52,984 nucleotides of DNA, taken from positions 100,025 to 153,008 of the forward strand of contig JAAXWR010000002.1 in assembly GCA_013334825.1 (NCBI GenBank), in the 5' to 3' direction. Position 1 is the stretch's first letter; the number at the start of each line of letters is the position of its first letter. Shown in pieces: positions 25,444 to 34,506 of this stretch. This DNA is from Candidatus Yonathbacteria bacterium (GTDB lineage Bacteria > Patescibacteriota > Minisyncoccia > Phycocordibacterales > JACNGX01). The notes beneath the pieces were generated by a model, which was given only the letters and a program-made list of their open reading frames with translations, searched no databases and had not been told where the DNA came from. The position numbers were made by a program, and so were the translations under genes.

Positions 25444-26421
25444 TTACTTGCAACGAAGTCCAGCACGGAGTGTCGCAAGATTCGTTTCAAGTATGGTGAT
25501 GAATGAGACACCATTGTCGCGTGCATCTTTACCAATATTTCCCGCCGGGTTTAACATATGTACTGTAGCTCCAGTCTCACGTGCAAGCGTGTCAGCGATA
25601 GCCGGACTTTCAAGTGCATCGGTAAATATTGCTGTTGCGTTTTCTTTTTTTACAATATCAGAAAGAGTAGCAAGCGCTGATGCGGAAGGTTCAGCGTCAG
25701 GGGAATATCCTTGGGCCGCGACATAGTGAAGGTCGAATGCTTCGGCAATGTATCCGAATGCGTAATGACCACCGTAGATGATTGTACGCGTATCACACGA
25801 AGAAAGCCCTGTTTCGTACGCGGCGAACACGGCATCGAGTTTTGCAAGATATGTGTCACGAGCATTGGCGATGTCTACGGAATGAGAGGGAAGCGCTTCT
25901 ACGAGCGCAGTGCCGATATCGTTCGCGATTACATGAGCATTGTGAGGTGAGAGCCAAATATGTGGGTCGCCCGCTTCGTGATCGTGGTCATGTTCTTCCG
26001 CTTCGTGTGCTTCTTCACTCTCATGTGCCTGTTCATCTTCTCCGTCTTCGTGATGAATGTCAGCATGGGTACTCGCATTGACAATAGTCATATGTGATGT
26101 ATCAATACCTGCAAGTAAATCAGCAACCCATGGTTCCATAAAAGGACCTGTATAGATAAACACATCTGCATGGGTAATTGCCATAATGTCAGAGGGTGTT
26201 GGTTCGTAGTTGTGTGGACTCATGCCGGGAGGAAGAAGGAGCGTTGTCTCAGTATATGTACCACCGATTTCACGTGCCATATCATAAAGTGGAAATAGTG
26301 TCGTTACTACGAAAAGTTTTTCCGAAGGTTTTGTGGAGGACGTATTTTGGATGATGAAGGTAAGAGCACCAAATATAATAACAAGCGTGACGATAATAAG
26401 TATGAGACGAGAGGTAGACAT
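25444..26421 (-). CDS. znuA: metal ABC transporter substrate-binding protein with His/Asp/Glu-rich loop
   Basis: TroA/ZnuA cluster-9 fold pattern, signal-anchor N-terminus, and loop HHEDGEDEQAHESEEAHEAEEHDHDHEAGDPH. Confidence 0.9.
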   Translation of the reverse strand: MSTSRLILIIVTLVIIFGALTFIIQNTSSTKPSEKLFVVTTLFPLYDMAREIGGTYTETTLLLPPGMSPHNYEPTPSDIMAITHADVFIYTGPFMEPWVADLLAGIDTSHMTIVNASTHADIHHEDGEDEQAHESEEAHEAEEHDHDHEAGDPHIWLSPHNAHVIANDIGTALVEALPSHSVDIANARDTYLAKLDAVFAAYETGLSSCDTRTIIYGGHYAFGYIAEAFDLHYVAAQGYSPDAEPSASALATLSDIVKKENATAIFTDALESPAIADTLARETGATVHMLNPAGNIGKDARDNGVSFITILETNLATLRAGLRCK

Positions 26422-26700
26422 AGTATATGGGGAAATAGGTTATAAATATAGGAAAGAGGTTAGAGGAACGGACATTCGAATCAAGCGTGCCCTGCATCCT
26501 ACGTGGTGCAGGGAATCACGAAGCACGAATCAAGAATTAAGGGTTACGAAGTACGAACTTGTACGAACATACGAAACGAGACGGGAATCAAGAATACGAG
26601 AGGCGAATGAAGAAATATGAACGTAGGAAATAGGTTAGAGGTGATAGGTTATAGGGACAGACGGGAAGCATGCTGAGATGTTAGGTTTATTCTTGCGCCT
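26422..26700 (-). repeat. family F intergenic repeat, locus 2 (inverted orientation)
   Basis: Reverse complement carries the same modules, including hairpin 26490-26513 and TAACCTATTTCC (26431-42) 9 nt upstream of the znuA ATG. Confidence 0.85.
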
Positions 26701-26755
26701 CACGTTGTGCTTCTCCCTACTGTATAGTATACACGATGCGTCAAGGGGGAGTTTT

Positions 26756-27064
26756 TTAAAGAGTCTGAGAGTCTCGGTGTTCTGTAGTTGGATGATCGAT
26801 GCGGATTGCCAAACCATGTACTACTGCTTGTGCGACTTTTGTACGTGCTGAAGTGAGAATACGTTGGAAAGTACTTTGGGATGTGTGCATTTCCGTGGCG
26901 GCATCTGTCTGCGACGTCCCTTCAGCGTCCGCGAGAGCGAGCGCCTCAAATTCTTCCGCGGAGAGTGTGACCACAGAAAGATTTCGCAAGGGGACACCTT
27001 GTGGTTTGAAATAGTTTGCGCGTGGGTTGCGACGAAGAATACGTTGTCGAGGAGGACGGGGCAT
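26756..27064 (-). CDS. DUF134 (UPF0251) DNA-binding protein
   Basis: MPRPPRQR ... FKPQGVP ... LSAEEFEALALADAEG ... STFQRILTSARTKVAQAVVHG matches the DUF134 consensus. Confidence 0.8.
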   Translation of the reverse strand: MPRPPRQRILRRNPRANYFKPQGVPLRNLSVVTLSAEEFEALALADAEGTSQTDAATEMHTSQSTFQRILTSARTKVAQAVVHGLAIRIDHPTTEHRDSQTL

Positions 27065-27085
27065 AAATAAGTGAATGAAAAAACT

Positions 27086-27199
27086 CAAATCACAAATTCC
27101 AAATCACAAATAATATTGAGTAATCAATAGATTATATAATATGTCTTATTATATATGTTTGAATATTGATATTGTTTGGGATTTGGTGATTGAGATTTG
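27086..27199. promoter_or_regulatory. operator-like repeat set between the DUF134 and DUF5320 genes
   Basis: caaatcacaaat occurs twice (27086-97, 27100-11). An imperfect inverted partner gtttgggatttggtgattgagatttg lies at 27174-99. These flank an AT-rich core. Confidence 0.45.
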
Positions 27200-27258
27200 A
27201 ATCGTTACCATGTACGCATTGTCTATCATATCATGTATCGCGTATTTCGGGTATTGAT

Positions 27259-27453
27259 TCAGCCGTTACTGCGTCGGCCACGACCTTGTCCGCGGCCCGT
27301 GCCACGACCTTGTCCGCGTACAGCGCCACGTCCACATCCTGCACCTTGAGCAGGGGACTCTACGGTTGTTCGCTGTTCATTAGCGCAGTTGCCACGTCCA
27401 CGACCTGTTTGGGGACCCTTTCCTTCGGGTCCTGTTCCGTCAAATTGAGGCAT
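27259..27453 (-). CDS. DUF5320 family protein
   Basis: MPQFDGTGPEGKGPQTGRGRGNC plus a Gly/Arg-rich tail, the typical DUF5320 N-terminus. Confidence 0.7.
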   Translation of the reverse strand: MPQFDGTGPEGKGPQTGRGRGNCANEQRTTVESPAQGAGCGRGAVRGQGRGTGRGQGRGRRSNG

Positions 27454-27621
27454 AGTGTATGTCATAATGAAAAAGAATAAAGGGTATCGACCATCACTAT
27501 TATGAGTATATACCCATAATAAAAAGAAGTCAAGTACCTTTACATTTCTCTGTTGATGTTTTTTTATAGTATGCTATAGTCAGCACAGGTGTTGTATTTT
27601 CATCAACTAAAAATAGTGGTT

Positions 27622-28215
27622 ATGAAATTTTTATCAAGAAATCAGTGGATTATTGATCCATTTGTTGAATTTCTTTCTTCTCTCCCTGAAAATGTTGAAA
27701 AGGGAAGAAAGGGATGCACAATTTTTTGTCTCAATTTGGAGACAGGCATTCCTGAAATAAAACAATACGGAAACGATGCACCTGAGAGGAGATTGCTGAC
27801 GGCGCGATATGCGCCAGAGAAAGTTCTCCGTATTATTGAAAAAGATGAGCAGCGCTCAATTTTTAGTGCGAAGGAAGAGAAAAAGAAATTCGGAGGTGGT
27901 GTAAAATCATCATCTTTTGCCATTGCTCCTTCAGGATGGCCGTGGAAACAGGATGAGGTCTTGGGAGTGTTCTTGATTGGGATTCACGCTGTGCAGAGAG
28001 ACATCACAAACTCTTCTTTATTGTCGGTGGATTCTTTTCTTAAGGAACTGTTTCCTTATGTTAAAGATTTTTATGATACTTGCATTTCGGGAAGTACGTA
28101 CCCAAATGAAGAGTTTCAAAAGATTCTCCCGAGATTTTTTGATGTAGGATTCTCCTCTTTTTCTTCTGTGAAACTCAAAGAACAAAAGGAACAATGGTCT
28201 TCTTTTTCTTCGTAA
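27622..28215 (+). CDS. hypothetical protein (paralog of 28332-28943)
   Basis: ATG 7 nt after TAAAAAT. Shares the pattern GG-x-SG-P-x-DE with the next gene. Confidence 0.5.
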   Translation: MKFLSRNQWIIDPFVEFLSSLPENVEKGRKGCTIFCLNLETGIPEIKQYGNDAPERRLLTARYAPEKVLRIIEKDEQRSIFSAKEEKKKFGGGVKSSSFAIAPSGWPWKQDEVLGVFLIGIHAVQRDITNSSLLSVDSFLKELFPYVKDFYDTCISGSTYPNEEFQKILPRFFDVGFSSFSSVKLKEQKEQWSSFSS

Positions 28216-28222
28216 CCGTGAT

Positions 28223-28247
28223 TCCTCCCCCTCAGGGAGGATTTTTG
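28223..28247 (+). terminator. rho-independent terminator
   Basis: tcctccc/gggagga stem followed by ttttt. Confidence 0.65.
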
Positions 28248-28331
28248 TTTGTCTTGACATACATACTTTTGTGTGTAAACTTACTGATAGATATGTCTTT
28301 CTTTTTCAAATAAAATAAACTGTGAAAAACT

Positions 28332-28943
28332 ATGAATTTTCAGTTTCCGTTTATGGGTGCGAGTCATCCGTTCGTGCAGGCGCTTCTGGAGGGAATTGGA
28401 AGATTTCCGGGATGTGAAGATGTATCAAAAAATGAAAATATAGTTGTTGCTGTGGGACCTTCTATATTTCGCGACGATTGGTTCACTGGCATTCAGTGGA
28501 TTGCCATGGGAAATCCGTCAGAGGATCAGACTATTTGTCTTCTTGAATCCGCAAAGACTGACATTGCATTATTTCACTTGGGTTTCCCCAAAAAAATAAT
28601 AAGTAATGGCGCTGTGGGAGGAGACGATGTCCTCAATGGACGTGTGTGGTCTGTGGCAGGTTTCCCCAGTGATGAGATGAATGCTGCTTTTGCCCTCTGT
28701 TATGGGGTGATGCAGACACTTCAATTGAATGGAAGAAAAAATGGACTGATACTTCCTGATGCTACTCAGAATACCACCCAAATGCAGATGGAAAGTGTTT
28801 TTTTTGGGCCTGAAATTCTCGAGCAGTGGAAATTGGAAGCAAATTCATTTCTTAATAGACTCACGGTAGATGATGACGACGTTTTTGCAAAAGTCATATC
28901 TACTGTTTGGTCTATTTGTTTCCAAAAAATAAAATTTCATTGA
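28332..28943 (+). CDS. hypothetical protein (paralog of 27622-28215)
   Basis: 203-aa ORF followed by a near-identical tcctcc/ggagga terminator. Confidence 0.5.
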   Translation: MNFQFPFMGASHPFVQALLEGIGRFPGCEDVSKNENIVVAVGPSIFRDDWFTGIQWIAMGNPSEDQTICLLESAKTDIALFHLGFPKKIISNGAVGGDDVLNGRVWSVAGFPSDEMNAAFALCYGVMQTLQLNGRKNGLILPDATQNTTQMQMESVFFGPEILEQWKLEANSFLNRLTVDDDDVFAKVISTVWSICFQKIKFH

Positions 28944-28953
28944 AATGGTGTCC

Positions 28954-28978
28954 TCCTCCTCTCTCGGGGAGGATTTTT
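28954..28978 (+). terminator. rho-independent terminator
   Basis: tcctcc/ggagga stem followed by ttttt. Confidence 0.6.
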
Positions 28979-29017
28979 GTACTTTCATTAGATTGGTGAA
29001 CATGATAGATTGGAAGT

Positions 29018-30301
29018 ATGAAGAAGGCAATGAAAAAAACAACAGCGGGAGATAGCTGGCGCGGCGGGCTTTCGCCCGCCGCGCCAGTTGACACACGAGG
29101 TAAAAGCGAAACCCCTTTGGCAGACCGTATGCGTCCACGTACACTTGATGAATTTGTTGGGCAGTCGTCGCTTGTCGGTGACGGCACGTTTCTTCGTAAG
29201 GCAATGCATACAGACTCAGTGCCGTCACTTATCTTTTGGGGACCACCAGGAAGTGGCAAGACAACGCTCGCGCATATTATTGCTAGTGAGACTGATGCGC
29301 TTTTTCTGACAATGTCGGCGGTTAACAGTGGTATTGCCGAACTTCGTGAAGTTATTGAGACTGCAGAGCATACACGGACTCAGGGTAAACGTACAATACT
29401 TTTTCTTGATGAAATTCATCGTTGGAATAAATCTCAACAAGACGCACTATTACCACATGTTGAACAGGGGATAATCACGCTCATTGGTGCTACGACAGAG
29501 AATCCAAGTTTTGAGGTTAATGCTGCGCTCTTGTCGCGCGCACGTGTGTTTGTACTTGAACGGCTTTCTGATGAAGCAATGAGTGATATCATCACGCATG
29601 CTCTCGCGGATACACAACGAGGACTCGGTATGGATGTGGTGCTTTCGGACGAAGCACGTGCTCTTATTGTGCGTTTTTCAGGAGGAGACGCACGTGTCGC
29701 GCTTGGTATGCTTGAAATTGCGGCGACTGAGACAGATCAGATTTCTGTTGAGACAATCAAAATGATTGTGCAACGCCCGAATCTTCGTTACGACAAAACA
29801 GGCGAAGAGCATTACCATATCATATCCGCGCTTCATAAATCGATGCGAGGGAGTGATGCCGATGCGTCACTCTATTGGCTTGGGCGTATGCTTGAAGCGG
29901 GAGAGGACCCTTTATATGTCGCGCGACGCCTCGTACGTTTTGCATCCGAAGATGTGGGGCTTGCCAATTCTCTTGCACTTCCACAAGCGGTCGCGGCGTA
30001 TCAGGCGTGTATGTATATTGGTATGCCAGAGTGTGAGCTTGCACTTGCTCAAGTTGTCGCGTATCTCGCGAAATGTAAAAAGTCTGTCGCACTGTATGAA
30101 GGATATAGTGCAGTAAAGCGGGATATCCAGAACTTACCTGATGATCCAGTACCACTTCATTTGCGTAATGCACCAACTGCACTGATGAAAGATCTTGGTT
30201 ATGGCAAAGACTATAAATATACACCACAATTTGACAATCCAGACGATGCTAAAAAAACATACCTTCCAGAACGGCTTCGTGGAAGAAGGTATTTACCGTA
30301 A
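29018..30301 (+). CDS. rarA: replication-associated recombination protein A (AAA+ ATPase)
   Basis: PLADRMRPRTLDEFVGQ, GPPGSGKTTLA, LFLDEIHRWNKSQQDALLPHVE, and a MgsA C-terminal domain. Confidence 0.95.
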   Translation: MKKAMKKTTAGDSWRGGLSPAAPVDTRGKSETPLADRMRPRTLDEFVGQSSLVGDGTFLRKAMHTDSVPSLIFWGPPGSGKTTLAHIIASETDALFLTMSAVNSGIAELREVIETAEHTRTQGKRTILFLDEIHRWNKSQQDALLPHVEQGIITLIGATTENPSFEVNAALLSRARVFVLERLSDEAMSDIITHALADTQRGLGMDVVLSDEARALIVRFSGGDARVALGMLEIAATETDQISVETIKMIVQRPNLRYDKTGEEHYHIISALHKSMRGSDADASLYWLGRMLEAGEDPLYVARRLVRFASEDVGLANSLALPQAVAAYQACMYIGMPECELALAQVVAYLAKCKKSVALYEGYSAVKRDIQNLPDDPVPLHLRNAPTALMKDLGYGKDYKYTPQFDNPDDAKKTYLPERLRGRRYLP

Positions 30302-30390
30302 CTCTTGCCAAATGTGTATATATGTGTATAGTAGGGGAAGAAAGTTCAAAGGAAAATATTTTTTTATGTAATGGTAAGAGGAGGTGTTTT

Positions 30391-30831
30391 ATGGTAATGA
30401 CAACTAATGAGTGGCCATATCCATTTCATCGTATAGGTACAGTACAGGAAAGGACAAGAATCGAAGAAGATGCAGGTGGCGGTACCACGGTCGCGCCTTC
30501 TTCGGGTCTTGGGGACATTCTCCCCAATCATTTGAAAGATTCCCGATGTCCTTTTTTCGGGATGAAGTTTGATGGCGATGCACTGATTCTTTCAGATGAA
30601 GTGGATTGTTGTGTTGTCGCGACACTTCTAAAAGAAACTGATGGTATGTGCAGTGTTGTTGCGTGTGGTGGCGTGTGTCCATCATGGACGGGCTGTCCCA
30701 GAAGTAAGCATACAAACGCAAAGAGCATTATCAGCATGCTAAGTGAAAATCGCGTCATTTTTTCGGATGATTTTCAAATGAATTTTGCACAGTGGTATGA
30801 CCGCTGTGTGAAAAAGACAAAACCAGCGTGA
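30391..30831 (+). CDS. hypothetical protein
   Basis: AGGAGG (30379-84) lies 6 nt before the ATG. A terminator hairpin (30821-30845) overlaps the stop. Confidence 0.5.
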   Translation: MVMTTNEWPYPFHRIGTVQERTRIEEDAGGGTTVAPSSGLGDILPNHLKDSRCPFFGMKFDGDALILSDEVDCCVVATLLKETDGMCSVVACGGVCPSWTGCPRSKHTNAKSIISMLSENRVIFSDDFQMNFAQWYDRCVKKTKPA

Positions 30832-30860
30832 TGGCTGGTTTTTTATATGTGTAAATCAAT

Positions 30861-30886
30861 AAACAAAAACCCGCCGGTAGGCGGGT
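30861..30886 (-). terminator. rho-independent terminator of 30894-31265
   Basis: acccgcc-ggta-ggcgggt stem-loop followed by a T-run on the minus strand. Confidence 0.65.
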
Positions 30887-30893
30887 GAGATAA

Positions 30894-31265
30894 TTAACCA
30901 TTCAGACAACGGTATGTACCGTCTTCCTGTTTTTCGAACTCAAATACCGTTCTCCGGCAAGCAGATGCCGGAGTTTTCATAGAAGGTTCTACGGAAATTC
31001 TGAAAACAGGTCGCATGCTCTTCTGAAGACGGTACGACCTTTCCGCCTCCGTCATATGGATCACAGAGATGGTTGCGTCCTTTTCTTTGAGCAAGTGAAA
31101 GAGGGTATCCGCCTCACTAAAATGACTGAGGTATTTTAACGTCCACGGATGTTCCGCAATGAATGCGGACGGGACATCAAAGACGTCAGTTCGTCTTTTA
31201 GCCGTTGCGACCAGGTCATGAATGACTTGAATCGCCGCTTCTTCGTTAGCATAATATTTTTTCAT
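30894..31265 (-). CDS. hypothetical protein
   Basis: 123-aa ORF with its own terminator. Confidence 0.55.
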   Translation of the reverse strand: MKKYYANEEAAIQVIHDLVATAKRRTDVFDVPSAFIAEHPWTLKYLSHFSEADTLFHLLKEKDATISVIHMTEAERSYRLQKSMRPVFRISVEPSMKTPASACRRTVFEFEKQEDGTYRCLNG

Positions 31266-31444
31266 GAAAGCTTATTTTTGTTGTTTTTTGGCGACTTGTC
31301 TTTGAGTTTCTACAAAAAGTTTATCACAAAAAATAGTATGTGTCAACTTACTGTATGATTGACAATGTTGAGGGTATGCCTTCATGATGTAATAGTTTAG
31401 AAAAATGATTCGTTTTTTTGTCTTTTTCCGTTATACTTGAACAT

Positions 31445-32059
31445 ATGGATATATTGTTTTTGAACGAAAATTTAGTGGAAGTGATTCGCGCTGTTGGCTA
31501 TGTGGGTGTCACCTTTGCAGTATTCGCCGAATCGGGACTCTTTTTCGGTTTCTTTTTACCGGGAGATAGTATGCTATTTACAGCAGGACTTCTTGCGTCA
31601 CAGGGTTTTTTTAATATTTATATACTTGCGTCTCTTACTGGAATTGCAGCGATTGTCGGGGATAGTGTGGGGTATTGGTTTGGTACGTTTGTGGGACCTG
31701 CAATTTTTGCAAAAGAAGACTCTCGTTTTTTCAAGAAGAGTGATATAGAAAAGGCGCATGCGTTTTATGACGCGCATGGACCAAAGGCAATTGTCTTGGG
31801 GCGTTTTATTCCTATTGTACGTACGTTTGTTCCGATACTCGCGGGTGTTGCCAAGATGGAATACATGACATTCCTCAGATACAATATCATTGGCGCGCTC
31901 ATTTGGGGTGTGGGGGTAACTGTTGCAGGGTATGTACTCGGTAGTGTTATCCCTGACGCGGAACGATATATATTGCCTATAGCGATCCTTATCATTGCAA
32001 CGTCGTTTATTCCCGTAGTGATGGAATATATACAAAAAAGAAAAAACATACGAATATAA
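31445..32059 (+). CDS. DedA family membrane protein
   Basis: FAESGLFFGFFLPGDSMLFTAG and GRFIPIVRTF motifs. ATG 7 nt after TATACT (31432-37). Confidence 0.9.
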   Translation: MDILFLNENLVEVIRAVGYVGVTFAVFAESGLFFGFFLPGDSMLFTAGLLASQGFFNIYILASLTGIAAIVGDSVGYWFGTFVGPAIFAKEDSRFFKKSDIEKAHAFYDAHGPKAIVLGRFIPIVRTFVPILAGVAKMEYMTFLRYNIIGALIWGVGVTVAGYVLGSVIPDAERYILPIAILIIATSFIPVVMEYIQKRKNIRI

Positions 32060-32127
32060 GATATGAAGAAACATATAACAAAAAAGCCCGCCGAAGCCGG
32101 CTTTTGAAGAATATATTGTATATTTTT

Positions 32128-32361
32128 TTATTTCCCTTTTAACGCCTCAATCAGTTTATAGATGACGATAGGTAGCCAAATCAAAAAACTGGCCAGTCCG
32201 ATAATAAACAGCGTCGGAATGATAGGGGTGAAATGATCGTCGCCGTTGTCGAACCATCCAAGCCAAATAGAAGCGATTGCGATTGTTGCGCAGGCAAGCA
32301 TGCAGACGAGAAAGATGCTCAAGGAGATTGTTTCAATGGTGTGTAGTGTAGTTTGTTTCAT
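32128..32361 (-). CDS. small membrane protein (2 TM), hypothetical
   Basis: 77 aa starting at MKQTTLH, with two hydrophobic helices. Confidence 0.4.
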   Translation of the reverse strand: MKQTTLHTIETISLSIFLVCMLACATIAIASIWLGWFDNGDDHFTPIIPTLFIIGLASFLIWLPIVIYKLIEALKGK

Positions 32362-32448
32362 ATAGAGAGAGTATAGCAGAATGTGGGGGAGATGGTAGGT
32401 TTGCGGAGGTGTGATGAGATGAAGCAGTTTTGTCGGTCTCTCTGTATG

Positions 32449-32479
32449 GAAAAAAACAAAACCCGCCTCGAGGGCGGGT
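32449..32479 (-). terminator. rho-independent terminator of 32483-32887
   Basis: aacccgcc/ggcgggtt stem followed by a T-run on the minus strand. Confidence 0.65.
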
Positions 32480-32482
32480 TCA

Positions 32483-32887
32483 CTAGTATCTTGAAAGGAC
32501 TTCTGGAATTTGCTTGCCATACGTGTATATTGCGATTTCCTTCGCAAGAATTTCAGGGTTCGCAGCAATGACGCCACAATAGATGAAGTCGAATTTGAAA
32601 TGATCCCATCTTAAAAGATGAAAAGAAGTGGGACATGTATGACCCCACCACACCACCTGAAACTCTTTTTCAACAGCGTGTCCACTGAAGGAGATGCCTC
32701 TGACTTTGATACGGAAATCATCATCAGCTTTCTGAAAAATGGAGATTACTTCCAGATTCAGTTTCTTGCCGGTATTTTTTTCAACCTGATTTTTTACAGT
32801 TTGAAGTTTCTCTGAAAGTCCCCCAATTATCCTTTTGAGACATTGGAGCATGGGAGATCTCAGTTCTTTATCGCTGCTTTTATTCAT
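32483..32887 (-). CDS. hypothetical protein
   Basis: 134 aa starting at MNKSSDK. No family recognised. Confidence 0.5.
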   Translation of the reverse strand: MNKSSDKELRSPMLQCLKRIIGGLSEKLQTVKNQVEKNTGKKLNLEVISIFQKADDDFRIKVRGISFSGHAVEKEFQVVWWGHTCPTSFHLLRWDHFKFDFIYCGVIAANPEILAKEIAIYTYGKQIPEVLSRY

Positions 32888-32969
32888 AGCAAATTTTGTT
32901 ATATTGTTTAATGAACAGGTATGATATTGCGATATTAGCATAAATACTAAAAAAGTCAAGGATGTGAGA

Positions 32970-33002
32970 TAAAATAAAACCCCAAGGGCATGCCTTGGGG
33001 TT
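32970..33002 (-). terminator. hairpin terminator
   Basis: ccccaagg/ccttgggg stem followed by a T-run on the minus strand. Confidence 0.55.
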
Positions 33003-33022
33003 CAACTATAGTATGCTCCAGT

Positions 33023-33049
33023 GGTAGGGATTATCCCGCAGTCACTAAG
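33023..33049 (-). repeat. partial family-E end (T-arm-like hairpin + TTAGTGAC box)
   Basis: ggtagggattatcccgcagtcactaag versus ggtagggctcgtcccgcagtcactaag at 33570-33596. Confidence 0.7.
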
Positions 33050-33195
33050 TAGGCGGCAGTAGGACTTGAGGTAGAGTAGTTGTTCTCTATGTCTGGAAGT
33101 TTCGAATCAAAGGCTTGCATATATAAAAAAGAACCGCCGACGCTGAGTGAGAAATTTTGACAAACGTCCTTTCTCCTTTCAGTGTGGCGGTTATT

Positions 33196-33474
33196 TCAAT
33201 TTACAAACGGGTGCGATGAGTTTATCCCATACACATAATGCCACGTGTGTGGGAATTGAAAGTACGGAAATGTATCCGCAACTTTCATTGTGATACAAAT
33301 AGACCCGTTGTCACCACTAGAGTGGTAGAAGTTGCCCTCTATACACTCTTTACCACGTCTCCACGCGCATGCGTGAGAATCGGATCCTTTTTTAAAGGTA
33401 ACCTCGTCAGGATTGACTCCTGTTACGATTGCGAAGGCTTTTTTGCCCAAATTTGCCAGATCTTGTCCATTCAT
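33196..33474 (-). CDS. hypothetical protein (cassette 2 downstream of tRNA-Asn)
   Basis: 92-aa ORF lying between two family-E ends. Confidence 0.4.
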   Translation of the reverse strand: MNGQDLANLGKKAFAIVTGVNPDEVTFKKGSDSHACAWRRGKECIEGNFYHSSGDNGSICITMKVADTFPYFQFPHTWHYVYGINSSHPFVN

Positions 33475-33568
33475 ATGAACCCCAGTCGTTTTGATGTTTA
33501 TTTATGTGATGGAACAGTATTAAAATGTATCGTACCATTTATACCATACTTTGTCAAATATATATTAA

Positions 33569-33680
33569 CGGTAGGGCTCGTCCCGCAGTCACTAAGCGGA
33601 TTGCTCCAAGTATTCGCAATCCGCAAAGTGCTGCTCCCCGCGGCGCGGCGACAAGCATGCGCGAACAGGCCACGCATCTT
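33569..33680 (-). repeat. family-E structured element fused to a copy of the tRNA-Asn 3' end
   Basis: The reverse complement aligns along about 110 nt with 43197-43313. Hairpin 33596-33624 has loop GAATACTTGGA. The terminal cggtagggctcg equals the tRNA-Asn 3' region (34431-34442). Confidence 0.8.
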
Positions 33681-33761
33681 ATTGTGTAAAGAGAAAGGCG
33701 GTCATCTCACGATGCCGCCTTGTAAAATACTCTTACAAACACAAATTACAAGCTGTTTTTA

Positions 33762-34304
33762 TTAAACTGCAACAAGCCCGACTTTGGTAGATTCGTACTT
33801 GGCACGGGTGATCATGCCGTTCTGGTCGGTGACAGTTATGCAATCTCCGACTTCCATCACCACCAAAGAATCATACCAGCCGATATTCTCTTTGTCCTGG
33901 CGGACAAAGAAATCAACCGGTCCGGTCGCGTTCTCAATGGCCTTGTTGTGTCCTTCGCGGGAAATGGACATCCCGCGTTCAAACCTCCAAGCGCCTGTGC
34001 ACTTTTGGTTTGAATGTCCGGCAACTGAGTATTGTGCCTTCGTACGAATCACGACGAGTATGTTTTCACTTTCGTGATTCGGCTTTGCCAGGGCGTACCC
34101 GTCACGAATCGGAACAGGGTGTGCTTCCATAATGATGCCAACCCACGGCATCCCAGGACCCTCGATGCGTTCGGCGGGATTTTTGTGGAAGAACGGGATG
34201 TTTTTCTGATTTTTCCCCGCTCCCAAACAAAGGGCGGACACTTTTGATCCAGTACTCATTGCACCGCGGCGGACCTTCTGGTCGGAAATTTCGTAGACGT
34301 TCAT
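33762..34304 (-). CDS. hypothetical protein (cassette 1 downstream of tRNA-Asn)
   Basis: 180-aa ORF with a strong AAGGAGG 5 nt upstream of the ATG. Confidence 0.6.
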   Translation of the reverse strand: MNVYEISDQKVRRGAMSTGSKVSALCLGAGKNQKNIPFFHKNPAERIEGPGMPWVGIIMEAHPVPIRDGYALAKPNHESENILVVIRTKAQYSVAGHSNQKCTGAWRFERGMSISREGHNKAIENATGPVDFFVRQDKENIGWYDSLVVMEVGDCITVTDQNGMITRAKYESTKVGLVAV

Positions 34305-34425
34305 GGCTTCCTCCTTAAGGAAAATCCGACAGCTTTCGCTGGGATTGTTTTAGTGTTTGTGTATAGGTATTGTTGGGAACTTTATTGTGTATATTATACA
34401 CTAGAATAAGTCTATTTGTCAAGTG

Positions 34426-34498
34426 CTCCGGCGGTAGGGCTCGAACCTACGACCAACGAGTTAACAGCTCGCCGCTCTACCAACTGAGCTACGCCGGA
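34426..34498 (-). tRNA. tRNA-Asn(GUU)
   Basis: Minus-strand cloverleaf: acceptor TCCGGCG/CGCCGGA, D arm GCTC-AGTTGGTA-GAGC, anticodon loop CTGTTAA, T arm GTAGG-TTCGAGC-CCTAC. Confidence 0.9.
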
Positions 34499-34506
34499 AT
34501 GGTACA

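Noticed and set aside
33023-34498. Classical integron: ORF plus a structured recombination site in an array.
   Set aside because: There is no IntI-type integrase or attI/Pc arrangement in the window. The element ends carry tRNA 3' copies rather than the R''-L''/L'-R' attC cores. I keep only the analogy.
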